The translations under genes and the position numbers were made by a program. DNA of 24,856 nucleotides from the NCBI GenBank assembly GCA_029259115.1, contig JAPDJO010000053.1, forward strand, positions 1 to 24,856. Direction: 5' to 3'. The notes under the pieces are model-generated. The model worked only from the letters and a program-made list of their open reading frames with translations, was not told the DNA's origin and ran no database searches. The number at the start of each line of letters is the position of its first letter. Positions within the stretch are counted from its first letter, which is position 1. Shown in pieces: positions 8,503 to 19,987 of the stretch. Source of the stretch: Thermoplasmatota archaeon (GTDB lineage: Archaea > Thermoplasmatota > E2 > DHVEG-1 > B18-G2).

Positions 8503-10464
8503 ATGGCTGAAGAGAAGAAAGACATAGCTGTTTTACTTGAAGAGAAGAGAATCTTCCATCCACCAGAGGAGATAGTGAAGAACAGCAATGTGAAGAAATG
8601 GATGGATGAGCATGGAATAAAGAGTTATGAGGAACTACTAGAGAAAGCCAAGGATATTGAATGGTTCTGGGGAGAGATGGCTAAGGAAGTGGTAAACTGG
8701 TATGAGCCGCCAAAGAAGGTTTTAGAGTGGAATCCGCCCTATTCTGAGTGGTTTGTTGGTGCCAAGTATAACATTGTTCACGATGCCCTAGATAAACATA
8801 TAGGAACTCCAAGAGAGAACAAGATTGCTTATTACTTCGAGGGAGAACCTGGAGATACTAGAAAGTTGACATATAAAGATCTTTACAGAGAGGTAAACAA
8901 GCTTGCGAATGCACTGAAACAGCTTGGAGTAAAGAAAGGAGACAGAGTCGGAATTTATCTCCCTATGATTCCTGAGTTACCAATAGCAATGCTTGCTTGT
9001 GCGAAGATAGGAGCAATACACTCTGTGGTTTTCTCAGGATTTAGTGCCCTAGCCTTTAGGGATAGGATAAATGACTGTAAGGCTAAGGTTGTTATTACAT
9101 GCGATAGTTTCTATAGAAGAGGAAAAACCGTACCTCTTAAAAAGCAAACAGATGAAGCTCTTGAGGATGCTCCAAGCGTTGAACATTGCATAGTCTTCAA
9201 GAGAACGGGAGAAGAGATTCCATGGAAGGAAGGTAGAGATCTTTGGTGGCATGAGATAATCAAGGACCAGCCTGAGGAATGTGAAACAGAAAAGATGGAT
9301 GCAAACGATCCTTTGTTTATTCTCTACACATCCGGAACAACTGGTAAGCCAAAAGGAATAGTGCATAGGCATGGAGGCTATGCAGTGGGAGTAGCTACAA
9401 CCTTGAAATGGGTATTTGATATAAAAGATGATGATATCTGGTGGTGTGCGGCAGACATAGGATGGATTACAGGGCATAGCTATATAGTGTATGGTCCTCT
9501 TATACTCGGTGCTACTTCAGTTATATATGAGGGTGCTCCAAACTATCCGAATCCAGACAGATGGTGGGAGATAATAGAGAAGTACAAGGTAACTATACTC
9601 TACACATCTCCAACTAGTATAAGGTTATTCATGAGGTATGGTGAAGAGTGGGTCAAGAAGCACGATCTTAGCTCACTGAGATTGCTTGGATCAGTTGGTG
9701 AACCAATAAATCCAGAGGCATGGATCTGGTACTACAAGAACATAGGTAACGAGAGATGTCCAATAATGGATACCTGGTGGCAGACCGAGACTGGGCATTT
9801 CATGATAACACCTTTACCCATCACTCCATTAAAACCAGGATCAGCAACCAAACCATTCCCTGGAATACAGGCAGAGGTATTCAACGAGGAGGGTGAGCCA
9901 ATAACTAATGCTGGAGGAAACCTTGTTATTCTCAAACCATGGCCAGGCATGTTAAAAGGATTCTATGGAGATCCAGAAAGGTACAAGAAAACCTACTGGA
10001 GCAAATATCCAAACGTTTACTTAGCTGGAGATGTTGCAAGGAAGGACGAAGACGGTTACTTCTGGATACAGGGAAGAGCAGACGATGTTCTCAATGTATC
10101 TGGTCATAGAATCGGAAATGCTGAGGTAGAGTCTGCACTAGTGAGTCATGAGAAGGTTGCTGAGGCTGCAGTGATAGGCAAACCACACGAACTCAAAGGA
10201 GAATGCATCGTAGCTTATGTTGTTTTGAAAGAGGGCGTAGAGCCTAGCGAGGAGTTAAAGAGTGAACTCAGAGAGCATGTTGCAAAGGAAATGGGTAAGA
10301 TAGCGAGACCAGATGAGATATGGTTTGTCAGTGATCTACCAAAAACTAGGAGCGGAAAGATAATGAGAAGAGTAATAAGGGCAAAAGCTCTAGGTCAAGA
10401 TGTTGGAGACATTTCAACTCTGGCAAACCCAGAGGCTGTAGAAGAGATAAGCAAAGCTATCTAA
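8503..10464 (+). CDS. acs: AMP-forming acetyl-CoA synthetase
   Basis: Motifs [40 protein letters not shown] and [20 protein letters not shown] at 8493-8497 favours the ATG at 8503. Confidence 0.96.
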   Translation: MAEEKKDIAVLLEEKRIFHPPEEIVKNSNVKKWMDEHGIKSYEELLEKAKDIEWFWGEMAKEVVNWYEPPKKVLEWNPPYSEWFVGAKYNIVHDALDKHIGTPRENKIAYYFEGEPGDTRKLTYKDLYREVNKLANALKQLGVKKGDRVGIYLPMIPELPIAMLACAKIGAIHSVVFSGFSALAFRDRINDCKAKVVITCDSFYRRGKTVPLKKQTDEALEDAPSVEHCIVFKRTGEEIPWKEGRDLWWHEIIKDQPEECETEKMDANDPLFILYTSGTTGKPKGIVHRHGGYAVGVATTLKWVFDIKDDDIWWCAADIGWITGHSYIVYGPLILGATSVIYEGAPNYPNPDRWWEIIEKYKVTILYTSPTSIRLFMRYGEEWVKKHDLSSLRLLGSVGEPINPEAWIWYYKNIGNERCPIMDTWWQTETGHFMITPLPITPLKPGSATKPFPGIQAEVFNEEGEPITNAGGNLVILKPWPGMLKGFYGDPERYKKTYWSKYPNVYLAGDVARKDEDGYFWIQGRADDVLNVSGHRIGNAEVESALVSHEKVAEAAVIGKPHELKGECIVAYVVLKEGVEPSEELKSELREHVAKEMGKIARPDEIWFVSDLPKTRSGKIMRRVIRAKALGQDVGDISTLANPEAVEEISKAI

Positions 10465-10494
10465 CCTCTCCTAACTTTTTTATATTTCCTTTTC
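10465..10494 (+). terminator. Probable archaeal oligo-T terminator after acs
   Basis: Pyrimidine/T-run tract CCTCTCCTAACTTTTTTATATTTCCTTTT immediately after the stop. It may double as the TATA box of the serpin gene. Confidence 0.4.
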
Positions 10495-10512
10495 CATCTG
10501 TTGAGGATAGCT

Positions 10513-11736
10513 ATGAATAGAAGGCTTACGACTTTGATAGTTATTCTCATAACACTAACATCCTTCCTGCCCGGATGCACAAAATATAAATATACTCCAC
10601 CGAAGGCAGATGAAACAGGCTGGAGCGAGGAAGGAGTTGAAGAATTATCAAGAGCAATTAATAGATTTGCCATCAATCTGTATCTGAATATATCTGATGG
10701 GAGGAATATCTTCTTTTCACCATACAGTATATTCTCGGCTTTTGCTCTGCTCTATGAGGGAGCTCGCGGAGATACAGCTAGAGAACTGGAGAAAGTTTTC
10801 TTTTTTCCAAATGATCCAACTGTAAGAAGACCAAACTTTGCCAGAATCTACAACTTGATAAACAATAACAGCAGATATTTCGATCTTCATACTGCAAACG
10901 CTTTGTGGATACAGAAGAATTATCCTATATTACAAGACTATCTGCAAGTGATCGAGACATATTATGGTGGAGAAGCTTTCAATGTGGATTTTTCTGGAGC
11001 TACTGAACAAACCAGAAAGCTAATCAATGAATGGATAGAACATCAGACTAACTATACCATCAAAAACTTCTTCCCTCCTAACTCGATAGATCCATTAACA
11101 AGATTGGTTTTAACTAATGCTATCTACTTCAAAGGAATATGGTTAAAACAGTTTGATGAAAATGAGACAACGGAAGATATTTTCTGGATCGATAACGATA
11201 CAACCGTAAAAATTCAGATGATGAAGGTCTATGACTTCTTCAATTATACAGAGACAGATGATCTTCAGATTATCGAACTACCATACAAAGGTAAAAGAAT
11301 ATGTATGCTTGTTCTCCTTCCAAAGAGAAATATAGAGCAAATAGAAGATAATCTCACAATTAATAGTCTGAACAGCTGGGTGGAAAATCTAACAGAACAG
11401 AGAATCGAGGTTTACTTACCAAAGATCAACTTAAGTACGGAATATTCTTTGAAAGAGATCTTAGAAAGTATGGGTCTTTACTCGATATTTTGTCCTGGAG
11501 AGGCTGACTTCTCTGGAATAGACGGTACAAAGAACCTCTTTGTTGATGAGGCAATCCATAAGGCTTTTATTAAGATAGATGAAAAAGGAACAGAGGCATC
11601 TGCTGCTACTGGAATAATAATGCCTATATCTCTTCCTACAATTTTCCGAGCAAATCATCCATTTATATTCTTGATCCTTGACAAAGAAACAGATATCATA
11701 CTATTCATGGGAAAAATTGTAAATCCAGCGGAATAG
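10513..11736 (+). CDS. Serpin (serine protease inhibitor, I4), predicted lipoprotein
   Basis: Motifs NIFFSPYSI, LVLTNAIYFKGIW, LPYKG, hinge EKGTEASAAT and FRANHPFIFLI. The N-terminal MNRR + hydrophobic stretch ends in FLPGC. The ATG at 10513 is preferred to the TTG at 10501. Confidence 0.95.
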   Translation: MNRRLTTLIVILITLTSFLPGCTKYKYTPPKADETGWSEEGVEELSRAINRFAINLYLNISDGRNIFFSPYSIFSAFALLYEGARGDTARELEKVFFFPNDPTVRRPNFARIYNLINNNSRYFDLHTANALWIQKNYPILQDYLQVIETYYGGEAFNVDFSGATEQTRKLINEWIEHQTNYTIKNFFPPNSIDPLTRLVLTNAIYFKGIWLKQFDENETTEDIFWIDNDTTVKIQMMKVYDFFNYTETDDLQIIELPYKGKRICMLVLLPKRNIEQIEDNLTINSLNSWVENLTEQRIEVYLPKINLSTEYSLKEILESMGLYSIFCPGEADFSGIDGTKNLFVDEAIHKAFIKIDEKGTEASAATGIIMPISLPTIFRANHPFIFLILDKETDIILFMGKIVNPAE

Positions 11737-11775
11737 CTCATCTTTATATAGAATATCTTCTTATCCAAATTAGAG

Positions 11776-12720
11776 ATGATACCTGGAGAGCTAATAGTTA
11801 ACGCACTTCTATTCATCATAAGCATAGTATTTCTATACAAAGGTTCAGATATACTTGTAGAGGGAACTTCAAAAACCGCTCTCAGATTAGGTGTATCCTC
11901 TCTAATAATCTCACTAACTATAGTAGCTTACGGAACCTCTGCGCCAGAGTTTGCAGCATCTTCTCTTGCATCTTACCAATCTCACTCCTCTCTCTCACTA
12001 GGAAATATAATCGGATCATGTCTTGCAAACCTTCTTCTGGTGTTAGGTATAAGCTCATTTATAAGACCTATATCTGTGAATCTTGGAATAATTAGAAGAG
12101 AGCTACCAATTCTAACGTTAGCTACGGTTCTACTTCTTCTATTTTCATTAACTAGAAATTTAGACAAATCAGCTGGAGTGATTTTTCTGATAGCATTTGT
12201 CCTTTATATCGTATTTTTTATCCAAGCAGCGAGAAAGGAAAGAATAGAGGTTAGATCCATAAAAATGAACGATGGAAAACTATTAAAATATATATTTTTC
12301 ATAATTGCTGGATTAGTTTTAGTGATCGTTGGGGCACATTTTTTGGTAAATTCAGCTGTTTATTTTGCTGAGCTTTTTGGGATACCAGAGTTTTTGATAG
12401 CTATATCTATGGTTGCCGTAGGAACTTCCTTACCAGAGCTTGCGGTATCTGCTACTGCTTCTATCAAAGGAGAGGCAGATATATCTCTCGGAAATCTTCT
12501 GGGGTCGAATGTTTTTAACATCTTACTGATCCTTGGTGTATGTTCTCTTATAAATCCCATATTTATAGACTTGAAATCATTACTCAGCGAAATCTTCCTC
12601 CTAGCTATAACTTTGGTGTTATTCCCGATATTCTACACAGGGAGAAAGATATCTCGACCAGAAGGAGCATTCCTGATTTTGCTCTATGTGATATATATTG
12701 TGGTTATCTTCACTAAGTAA
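11776..12720 (+). CDS. Calcium/sodium antiporter (CaCA, YrbG-like)
   Basis: Two alpha repeats, GTSAPE...GNIIGS and GTSLPE...GNLLGSNVFN, in a highly hydrophobic protein. Confidence 0.93.
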   Translation: MIPGELIVNALLFIISIVFLYKGSDILVEGTSKTALRLGVSSLIISLTIVAYGTSAPEFAASSLASYQSHSSLSLGNIIGSCLANLLLVLGISSFIRPISVNLGIIRRELPILTLATVLLLLFSLTRNLDKSAGVIFLIAFVLYIVFFIQAARKERIEVRSIKMNDGKLLKYIFFIIAGLVLVIVGAHFLVNSAVYFAELFGIPEFLIAISMVAVGTSLPELAVSATASIKGEADISLGNLLGSNVFNILLILGVCSLINPIFIDLKSLLSEIFLLAITLVLFPIFYTGRKISRPEGAFLILLYVIYIVVIFTK

Positions 12721-12728
12721 GCAATATC

Positions 12729-12740
12729 TTAATATATTAA
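12729..12740 (+). promoter_or_regulatory. Candidate TATA box of the rps12-rps7-fusA operon
   Basis: TTAATATATTAA lies about 40 nt upstream of the rps12 ATG in a 58-nt intergenic gap. Confidence 0.45.
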
Positions 12741-12778
12741 AAGTTGTATTCAGGCTTTACTTCTGAGAGTGATGAAAC

Positions 12779-13210
12779 ATGGGAAGAGGCCTATATACAG
12801 CGAGAAAGATGCGCGAGGACAGAAAGAAATTCAGATGGAGTGATAGATATTATAAGAGGAGAGTTTTAAGACTAAAAGAAAAAGCTGATCCACTGGAGGG
12901 GGCACCGCAAGCTAGGGGTATAGTTATAGAGAAGGTTGGTATTGAGGCGAAGCAGCCGAACTCTGCGATAAGAAAATGTGTTAAGGTTCAACTCATCAAG
13001 AACGGTAGACAGGTTACTGCCTTTGCTCCAGGGAATAATGCTATAAGCTTCATAGATGAGCACGATGAGGTTATAATTGAAGGTATAGGAGGAAGAATGG
13101 GAAGATCCATGGGAGACATCCCTGGAGTCAGGTACAAAGTTGTGAAGGTTAATGGAGTTTCACTACAAGAGTTGATAAAGGGTAAGATAGAGAAGCCAAT
13201 GAGGAGATAA
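12779..13210 (+). CDS. rps12: 30S ribosomal protein S12 (uS12)
   Basis: Motifs [28 protein letters not shown] and [13 protein letters not shown]. Confidence 0.98.
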   Translation: MGRGLYTARKMREDRKKFRWSDRYYKRRVLRLKEKADPLEGAPQARGIVIEKVGIEAKQPNSAIRKCVKVQLIKNGRQVTAFAPGNNAISFIDEHDEVIIEGIGGRMGRSMGDIPGVRYKVVKVNGVSLQELIKGKIEKPMRR

Positions 13211-13212
13211 GT

Positions 13213-13809
13213 ATGGCAGAGGAGAAAGCCACTAAAAACTTTGAATTTCCCAAAACCTTTCCTCTACTTCAAAAATATGATCCAAGTGAAGTTAAGATAG
13301 AGGATAGAGGATTAGCTAGATACATATGCCTTGAGCCAAAACTTTTCATAGGTGCTCAACATGCGAACAAACAGTTTGGTAAAGCGAAGGTCTACATCGT
13401 AGAGAGGTTGATTAACAATCTAATGAGAACAGAGCACTACAACGGTAAGAAGATGAAAGCTTATAAAGCTGTTGAGAAGGCTTTTGATATTATCGCAAGT
13501 AAGACAAAAAAGAATCCCATTCAAGTTCTTGTTGATGCCATACAGAATGCTGCGCCAAAAGAGGAGGTTACTAGACTATATTTTGGAGGTATATCCGTTC
13601 CAAAATCTGTTGATATATCTCCTCTTAGAAGATTAGACATAGCTCTGAGAAATCTTTGTCTAGGAGCTGTATCTCAGGGAAAGGTCAAGAAGGGCGGTAT
13701 AGAGAGGAGACTTGCTGAAGAAATAATGAAAGCAGCAAATAATGATCCATCCTCTTATGCTATCTCTCAGAAAGAAGAGATAGAGAGAGTAGCTAAATCT
13801 GCACGCTGA
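13213..13809 (+). CDS. rps7: 30S ribosomal protein S7 (uS7)
   Basis: Motifs [34 protein letters not shown] and [12 protein letters not shown]. Confidence 0.98.
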   Translation: MAEEKATKNFEFPKTFPLLQKYDPSEVKIEDRGLARYICLEPKLFIGAQHANKQFGKAKVYIVERLINNLMRTEHYNGKKMKAYKAVEKAFDIIASKTKKNPIQVLVDAIQNAAPKEEVTRLYFGGISVPKSVDISPLRRLDIALRNLCLGAVSQGKVKKGGIERRLAEEIMKAANNDPSSYAISQKEEIERVAKSAR

Positions 13810-13825
13810 TTTTGAGGGGATTGAT

Positions 13826-16024
13826 ATGGGAAGGAAAGAGGAAAATATAAGGAAGGCAAAAGACTTGATGTTCAAGATAGACCATATCAGAAACATAGGT
13901 ATAGCAGCTCACATAGATCATGGAAAAACAACGTTATCAGACAATCTGCTTGCTGGCTGCGGGATGATGAGCGAAGAGCTCGCAGGAAAACAGCTTGTTT
14001 TAGACTATGACGAGCAGGAGCAGGCAAGAGGAATAACTATACAAACCGCGGCTGCTTCGATGGTTCATGAGTTTGAAGGCCAGGAATATCTGATCAATCT
14101 TCTCGATACCCCTGGTCACGTTGATTTTGGAGGAGATGTAACGAGAGCAATGAGGGCAGTAGATGGTTGTATAATCGTTGTCTGCGCAGTTGAGGGGGTA
14201 ATGCCCCAAACAGAAACTGTGATAAGGCAAGCCCTCAGAGAGAAGGTTAAGCCTGTACTGTTTATAAACAAGGTTGATAGGCTGATAAATGAATTAAAAG
14301 TGACTCCTGAAGAGATGCAGAAGAGATTTGTGAAGATTATAACTGAAGTGAATAGACTGATAAACAAGATGGTCCCTGAGGAGTTCAAAGGGAAATGGAA
14401 CGTTAAGGTAGAAGATGGGAGTGTGGCTTTTGGCTCTGCTTATTACAATTGGGCGATATCAGTACCATTCATGAAGAAAACGGGTTTGACCTTCAAAGAT
14501 ATCTACGATTACTGTAACAAAGGTGATCAAAAGACACTAGCTAAGAAGGCTCCCATTCATGAGGTTATATTGGATATGGTCGTGGATCATCTTCCATCCC
14601 CAAAAGAAGCTCAAAAGTATAGGATTCCTCACATATGGAAAGGAGATTTGGAGAGTGATGTTGGAAAGGGAATGATAAATTGTGATCCAGACGCTCCTCT
14701 AGCTTTCATGGTAACGAAGATAATCATTGATCCTCATGCTGGAGAGGTTGCTGTTGGTAGAGTATTTAGTGGAAAAATAGAGAGTGGACAGGAAGTAAAT
14801 GTCATAGGTATGCCGAAGAAGAACAGAGTACAACAAGTCTCTCTCATGGTAGGCGCAGACAGGATACCTGTAGATTATGTTACCGCTGGCAACGTTGCTG
14901 CTGTCACTGGAATCAGAGATGCGATTGCTGGTAGTACAGTTACTACTGTAGAGGGAATGCAACCCTTTGAGAGGATGGTTCATGTTTCTGAACCAGTCGT
15001 TACTGTCGCTGTAGAAGCAAAACATCCAAGGGACCTTCCTAAGTTAGTTGAAGTCTTGAGAACAATATCCAAAGCTGATCCAAGCATAGAGGTAACGATA
15101 AATCAGGAAACAGGGGAACATCTCATGTCTGGAATGGGAGAGTTACATCTAGAGATAACAGAATACAGGATAAAGAATGAATATGGGGTTGATATAGTAA
15201 CATCAGAACCTATAGTTGTTTACAGGGAGACTGTAGCAAAGAAAAGCCCTGCGCCATTTGAAGGGAAATCTCCAAACAGGCACAATAGATTTTACTTCGT
15301 GGTCGAACCTCTGCCAGAAAATGTAGTCAAAGCTCTTTATAACAACGAGATACCATCAGATGCTAAAAAGTTCAGAAAAGAGATAGCATCCAAACTTCAA
15401 GAATTGGGAATGGACAAAGAAGTTGCTAAAGGTGTATTCTGTATATCTGGTTTGAATATACTGACAGATGTAACGAAAGGGATTCAGCATCTATTTGAGA
15501 CCAGAGAACTCATAGCTCAAGGATTCGAAGAAGTAATGAAAAAAGGTCCCTTAGCAAACGAGCCCTGTCAAGGTGTGCTTGTTAAACTCGTAGATGCAAA
15601 ACTTCATGAGGATGCAATCCATAGAGGTCCAGCTCAGGTCATACCTGCGGTTAAGAAAGCTATAAACGGAGCTATTATGACATCAGATCCGATTCTTCTA
15701 GAACCTATGCAAAAGGTCTTTATCAGCACTCCTCAGGAAATGATGGGTAATGTATCAAGAGAGTTAAACCAGAGAAGAGCAGTTATTCTGGATATGAAGA
15801 TGGAAGGAGATATGGTAAATATAGAAGCAAAAGCTCCGGTGGCAGAGATGTTCGGATTTGCATCTGCGATAAGATCAGCTACAGGAGGAAGGGTGCTTTG
15901 GAGCACAGAGAATATTGGATTTGAACCTTTGCCTAGAGAGTTACAACAGAACATTATAAGGAAGATAAGAGAAAGGAAGGGATTAACTCCAGAACCATAC
16001 CCACCAGAGTACTACATGGATTAA
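13826..16024 (+). CDS. fusA: Translation elongation factor 2 (aEF-2)
   Basis: Motifs [26 protein letters not shown] and the intact diphthamide loop [12 protein letters not shown]. Confidence 0.98.
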   Translation: MGRKEENIRKAKDLMFKIDHIRNIGIAAHIDHGKTTLSDNLLAGCGMMSEELAGKQLVLDYDEQEQARGITIQTAAASMVHEFEGQEYLINLLDTPGHVDFGGDVTRAMRAVDGCIIVVCAVEGVMPQTETVIRQALREKVKPVLFINKVDRLINELKVTPEEMQKRFVKIITEVNRLINKMVPEEFKGKWNVKVEDGSVAFGSAYYNWAISVPFMKKTGLTFKDIYDYCNKGDQKTLAKKAPIHEVILDMVVDHLPSPKEAQKYRIPHIWKGDLESDVGKGMINCDPDAPLAFMVTKIIIDPHAGEVAVGRVFSGKIESGQEVNVIGMPKKNRVQQVSLMVGADRIPVDYVTAGNVAAVTGIRDAIAGSTVTTVEGMQPFERMVHVSEPVVTVAVEAKHPRDLPKLVEVLRTISKADPSIEVTINQETGEHLMSGMGELHLEITEYRIKNEYGVDIVTSEPIVVYRETVAKKSPAPFEGKSPNRHNRFYFVVEPLPENVVKALYNNEIPSDAKKFRKEIASKLQELGMDKEVAKGVFCISGLNILTDVTKGIQHLFETRELIAQGFEEVMKKGPLANEPCQGVLVKLVDAKLHEDAIHRGPAQVIPAVKKAINGAIMTSDPILLEPMQKVFISTPQEMMGNVSRELNQRRAVILDMKMEGDMVNIEAKAPVAEMFGFASAIRSATGGRVLWSTENIGFEPLPRELQQNIIRKIRERKGLTPEPYPPEYYMD

Positions 16025-16043
16025 TATCAGGGGAGGTAACATA

Positions 16044-17009
16044 TTGAAAGATTATGCTATAATTGCAGATAGATTGACAAAGAGATTCGGAGATTTAATA
16101 GCTGTAGATAATGCATCTTTTAAAGTAAGAAAAGGAGAGGTATTTGCTTTTCTTGGACCAAATGGAGCTGGAAAGACAACAACGATAAACATGCTTATAA
16201 CTTTACTAAAACCAACCTCAGGAAGAGCATATGTCGCCGGATATGATGTTACGAAGGAACCAACAAAAGTCAGGAGAAAGATAGGAGTTGTTTTTCAAGA
16301 CTCGACCTTAGATACAAATCTAACAGCTTATGAAAATCTCTACATCCACGCTGGCATATATGGATATAAAGGTCAAGGGTTGAAAAATAAAGTCCTTGAA
16401 CTCCTCAGATTTGTTGAACTTGAAGATTTTAAAGATAAACTTGTCAAGAATTTCAGTGGAGGAATGAGGAGAAGATTGGAGATAGCTAGATCTCTTATTC
16501 ACAGACCAGAGATCTTGTTTTTAGATGAACCTACACTCGGATTAGACCCTCAGACAAGAGTGCATATATGGGATTATATAAGCAAGCTTAAGGAAGAGTA
16601 CAACATGACTATATTTTTAACAACCCACTACATGGAAGAGGCTGAGAATCTTGCAGACAGAATAGTAATAATAGATCATGGAAAAATCATAGCTGATGGA
16701 AGCTTAGAAGAACTAAAGGATATGGTTGGTAAAGACGTGATTTACGTCAGATTTGATAAGGATATAGATAAGATAGAAGGAGATTTTGTAAACTACTGCA
16801 AAAAATTATCTGATGGAAGAATAGAGATAGGAGCAGATAATGCAATCAAGGCTATACCAAAGATTTTCAAAGAAGCATCCAAGATGGGATTAAACATCTT
16901 GGAGATAAGCTACTATAAGCCAACACTCAACGATGTATTTATTCATCTAACAGGAAGAAAGATAAGAGATGAAGAAACAAACAACATCTTCATAAGGATG
17001 AGAAGATGA
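16044..17009 (+). CDS. ABC transporter ATP-binding protein, DrrA-like
   Basis: Walker A GPNGAGKTT, signature FSGGMRRR, Walker B ILFLDEPT, TTHYMEEA and C-terminal PTLNDVFIHLTG. The TTG start is supported by GGAGGT at 16032-16037. Confidence 0.93.
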   Translation: MKDYAIIADRLTKRFGDLIAVDNASFKVRKGEVFAFLGPNGAGKTTTINMLITLLKPTSGRAYVAGYDVTKEPTKVRRKIGVVFQDSTLDTNLTAYENLYIHAGIYGYKGQGLKNKVLELLRFVELEDFKDKLVKNFSGGMRRRLEIARSLIHRPEILFLDEPTLGLDPQTRVHIWDYISKLKEEYNMTIFLTTHYMEEAENLADRIVIIDHGKIIADGSLEELKDMVGKDVIYVRFDKDIDKIEGDFVNYCKKLSDGRIEIGADNAIKAIPKIFKEASKMGLNILEISYYKPTLNDVFIHLTGRKIRDEETNNIFIRMRR

Positions 17010-17770
17010 GAGCATTTACAACGATGATCTATAGACAGCTAAAGAGATTCTGGAGAGCCAGATCAAGAGTTATAGGTATGGTTGTAAATCCACTGATATG
17101 GCTGATCTTCTTCGGTTTAGGATGGAGCAGACTTTTTGATTTCCCGATGGCAAAGAAGATATTCATGGGCTTCGATTATCTCTCCTTCTTTGCGCCTGGC
17201 GTGTACTGTATGACCATATTCATAACAGGTTTTACCAGTGGTATAAGCGTGATATGGGACAAACAGTTCGGCTTTCTCAAGGAAACAATGGTTGCACCAT
17301 CTTCTAGAAAGTCAATAATGTCAGGTAGAATAGTTGGAGACTCTATCATATCTCTGCTTCAAGGATCGATAATTCTTGCTTTAACCTTTCCTTTGGCAGG
17401 CGGTATGAGTTTATATGGAGTGCCTCAAGCTCTACTCCTTGGCTTTTTGCTTTCTATATCCATAGCTTCACTCGGTGTATGCATATCTATAAAGATGACG
17501 AGCATGGAAGGATTTCAGTTGATCATATCTATGCTTATGTTACCTCTAGTTTTCTTGAGCGGAGCCATATATCCTATAGATGCCATGCCTGAATGGATGA
17601 AAACCATAGCATATTTGAATCCCCTCACGTATGCTGTTGATGGTTCTAGATATTTTCTGCTAGGGGTATCAAAGTTCCCTGTATCTATAGACATTCTGGC
17701 TTTACTTACGCTTATGTCAGTATTCCTGTCTTTAGCTCTCTATCTATTTGAAAGAGTAACCATAGAATGA
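17006..17770 (+). CDS. ABC-2 type transporter permease, DrrB-like
   Basis: About six TM segments with motifs IWDKQFGFLKE, FLSGAIYP and LNPLTYAVD. ATGA overlap with the ATPase gene. Confidence 0.93.
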   Translation: MRAFTTMIYRQLKRFWRARSRVIGMVVNPLIWLIFFGLGWSRLFDFPMAKKIFMGFDYLSFFAPGVYCMTIFITGFTSGISVIWDKQFGFLKETMVAPSSRKSIMSGRIVGDSIISLLQGSIILALTFPLAGGMSLYGVPQALLLGFLLSISIASLGVCISIKMTSMEGFQLIISMLMLPLVFLSGAIYPIDAMPEWMKTIAYLNPLTYAVDGSRYFLLGVSKFPVSIDILALLTLMSVFLSLALYLFERVTIE

Positions 17771-19867
17771 TTACTCTTCTGTTGGCTTGTAATGACCATG
17801 CCTCGGCTCGTAAATCTGACCACTCCTTCTCAGCTTATCTATTGCCTCTTTAATTTTATCTCTGTCAATACCTCTCGTCTCTCCTTCTCTCAAAATATCT
17901 TCTATATTCGCTGTTCCATCTGGAGATTCATGACACAGATCTTTTATTATATTCATCACATTCCTCAATCTGTCCTGCTGCGTTCTGCTCATTCCTGTCG
18001 CTATGGTATCTATATCTATCCTCCCAGTCTCTCTATCTATACCAACTCTCCTCAGATACTTCTCTATGATGTTTATTGCCCTCTCTGCATCCTCTATAGT
18101 TACTCTATCACTCAATCTTACTCTTGCACTCGCTTCAGCTAATCTGACAAAAGCCTCAAGTTGCCTTGGGGTGAAAGGAATTGATTCCTCAGATGATGCT
18201 CTTAGGGAAACATAATAGTCCTTGATCCTCTCTATAGCTTCATCATCCATAACCGGAAATATATTTCTCTTGGCATAGGCTATGTATTTTCTCAGAAACT
18301 CTGGATCGAATGTTGGGGTAACTCTCTCTAATAATCTTCTCTCTTCCTCCTCGGTATATTTAGAATCCTTTATCCTTGCTCTATGCTCCTTTACCTCTCC
18401 AGCCTTATGAGTTCTGAGGATATGGAGAGCGAGCTCGCTATCCCTTTCCCTATTTGGTCTATCTATGAGAGAAAATATCAAATCAAACCTAGATAGCAAG
18501 GCTGGTGGCATGTTTATCTGCTCATGTATAGGAATGAACTCATCAAATCTCCCTAACTTTGGATTTGCAGCAGCCAGAATAGCACATCTCGATTTCAGGG
18601 TAGCATTTATTCCTGCTTTTGCTACACTAATCTCTTGCTGTTCCATAGCTTGGTGAAGGGCACTCCTATCTTGCTCACTCATCTTGTCTATCTCATCTAT
18701 GCATGCAATCCCCATATCAGCTAAAACTAATGCTCCCGCTTCCAAAGTCCAGTGACCTTCTCCGAATTCATCTCTCACTGCAGCAGCTGTTAGTCCAGCA
18801 GCAGATGTAGCTTTGCCAGATGCGTAAATACTTCTCGGAGCAAGTTTTGATATGTAACTTAAAATTTGAGACTTAGCGGTACCGGGATCTCCAACCAATA
18901 AAAGATGAATATCTCCTCTTATCCTTGTTCCATCAGGCATAACTTTTGGTACACCTCCAAATAGTTGCAAAACCAAAGCATCTTTCTCTGTCTCCAATCC
19001 GTATATGGTTGGAGCTATACTGTCTCTCATCCTTTCGTATATATCTGGAAGTTTGCTAACCTCTAGGATCTTCTTTTCATCCTCCTCTGTTATCTCTACC
19101 TCTTCAAAAGCTTGCTCCTGCTTCTCTATGCTTATAGCTTGGATAACCTTATCAAAAGATGTTAATCTTTGTACTCCTCTTCTTCTCTGCTTTGCAAAGA
19201 GTATGCCATTGACGATAACTCTATCTCCAGGGGCTACGTCTCCGACGAGATCATCTTCTATAAATATGCTTATTCTCTCTGGCTGTGCTCCTCCTCTTAA
19301 TCCTTCAGGACTTTCTTGAATTTCTACTTTTTGAGAGTCAATAAATGTTGACATAGATGTAGATAGTTTGAAGGAAGAGGATCTCTCGCAATTTATACAC
19401 TGCGTAGGCTCTTTTAGAAACTCCTCATCTTGCTCAACTATATTCTCTGCTCCACATCTCTGACATATGAAAACAGCTTTCTTCAGCTTCGGTCTAACCT
19501 CGGTAACCTTTTTTACTAATCCTTCAACTGCAATAAATTTTCCAAGATGTTCAGCCCTTAGATATCTTATAGCTATCCTATTTGTATCTGGTAGATTGTA
19601 AACCCTAAAATGGAGCTTTATCTGCTTATCAATAGCAACATCTATATTGTTTAAAGCAAATTCAGCATTAAATATCATCTTTTGTGGCTCCGCTAGCAAT
19701 AATTCAGCCATCTCATGATCAACCCTATCTATCAACCAGTAATCTACCATCAAACTCCTTTTCTTTGGATATTCTAAAGCTACAGTCTCAATATCATTGC
19801 TGCAGTATTCTACAAAGAAGTTCTCCCACCATCCAATTAAAGATTCATCTCTCAGCAGATACGTCAT
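17771..19867 (-). CDS. mcm: Replicative helicase MCM
   Basis: Zn finger CQRC...CINC, Walker A GDPGTAKS, Walker B CIDEIDKM, arginine finger SRFD and a C-terminal winged helix. No intein. Confidence 0.97.
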   Translation of the reverse strand: MTYLLRDESLIGWWENFFVEYCSNDIETVALEYPKKRSLMVDYWLIDRVDHEMAELLLAEPQKMIFNAEFALNNIDVAIDKQIKLHFRVYNLPDTNRIAIRYLRAEHLGKFIAVEGLVKKVTEVRPKLKKAVFICQRCGAENIVEQDEEFLKEPTQCINCERSSSFKLSTSMSTFIDSQKVEIQESPEGLRGGAQPERISIFIEDDLVGDVAPGDRVIVNGILFAKQRRRGVQRLTSFDKVIQAISIEKQEQAFEEVEITEEDEKKILEVSKLPDIYERMRDSIAPTIYGLETEKDALVLQLFGGVPKVMPDGTRIRGDIHLLLVGDPGTAKSQILSYISKLAPRSIYASGKATSAAGLTAAAVRDEFGEGHWTLEAGALVLADMGIACIDEIDKMSEQDRSALHQAMEQQEISVAKAGINATLKSRCAILAAANPKLGRFDEFIPIHEQINMPPALLSRFDLIFSLIDRPNRERDSELALHILRTHKAGEVKEHRARIKDSKYTEEEERRLLERVTPTFDPEFLRKYIAYAKRNIFPVMDDEAIERIKDYYVSLRASSEESIPFTPRQLEAFVRLAEASARVRLSDRVTIEDAERAINIIEKYLRRVGIDRETGRIDIDTIATGMSRTQQDRLRNVMNIIKDLCHESPDGTANIEDILREGETRGIDRDKIKEAIDKLRRSGQIYEPRHGHYKPTEE

Positions 19868-19987
19868 AAGTTACCTCCCACTTCGGTATTAAATTCGCTA
19901 AATAAAACTTTGGCGGGTGAAACAAAGAAGAAAATCAGTTGAATCCCTCTTTCAGAGAACACTTTTAAAATGTTGTATTTGACAGAT

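Noticed and set aside
13826-16024. Diphthamide-less EF-2 paralog
   Set aside because: The HRG diphthamide motif is intact and the gene is in the canonical rps12-rps7 context.
17771-19867. Intein or viral-type extension in MCM
   Set aside because: The 698-aa length and contiguous motifs match an ordinary chromosomal MCM.
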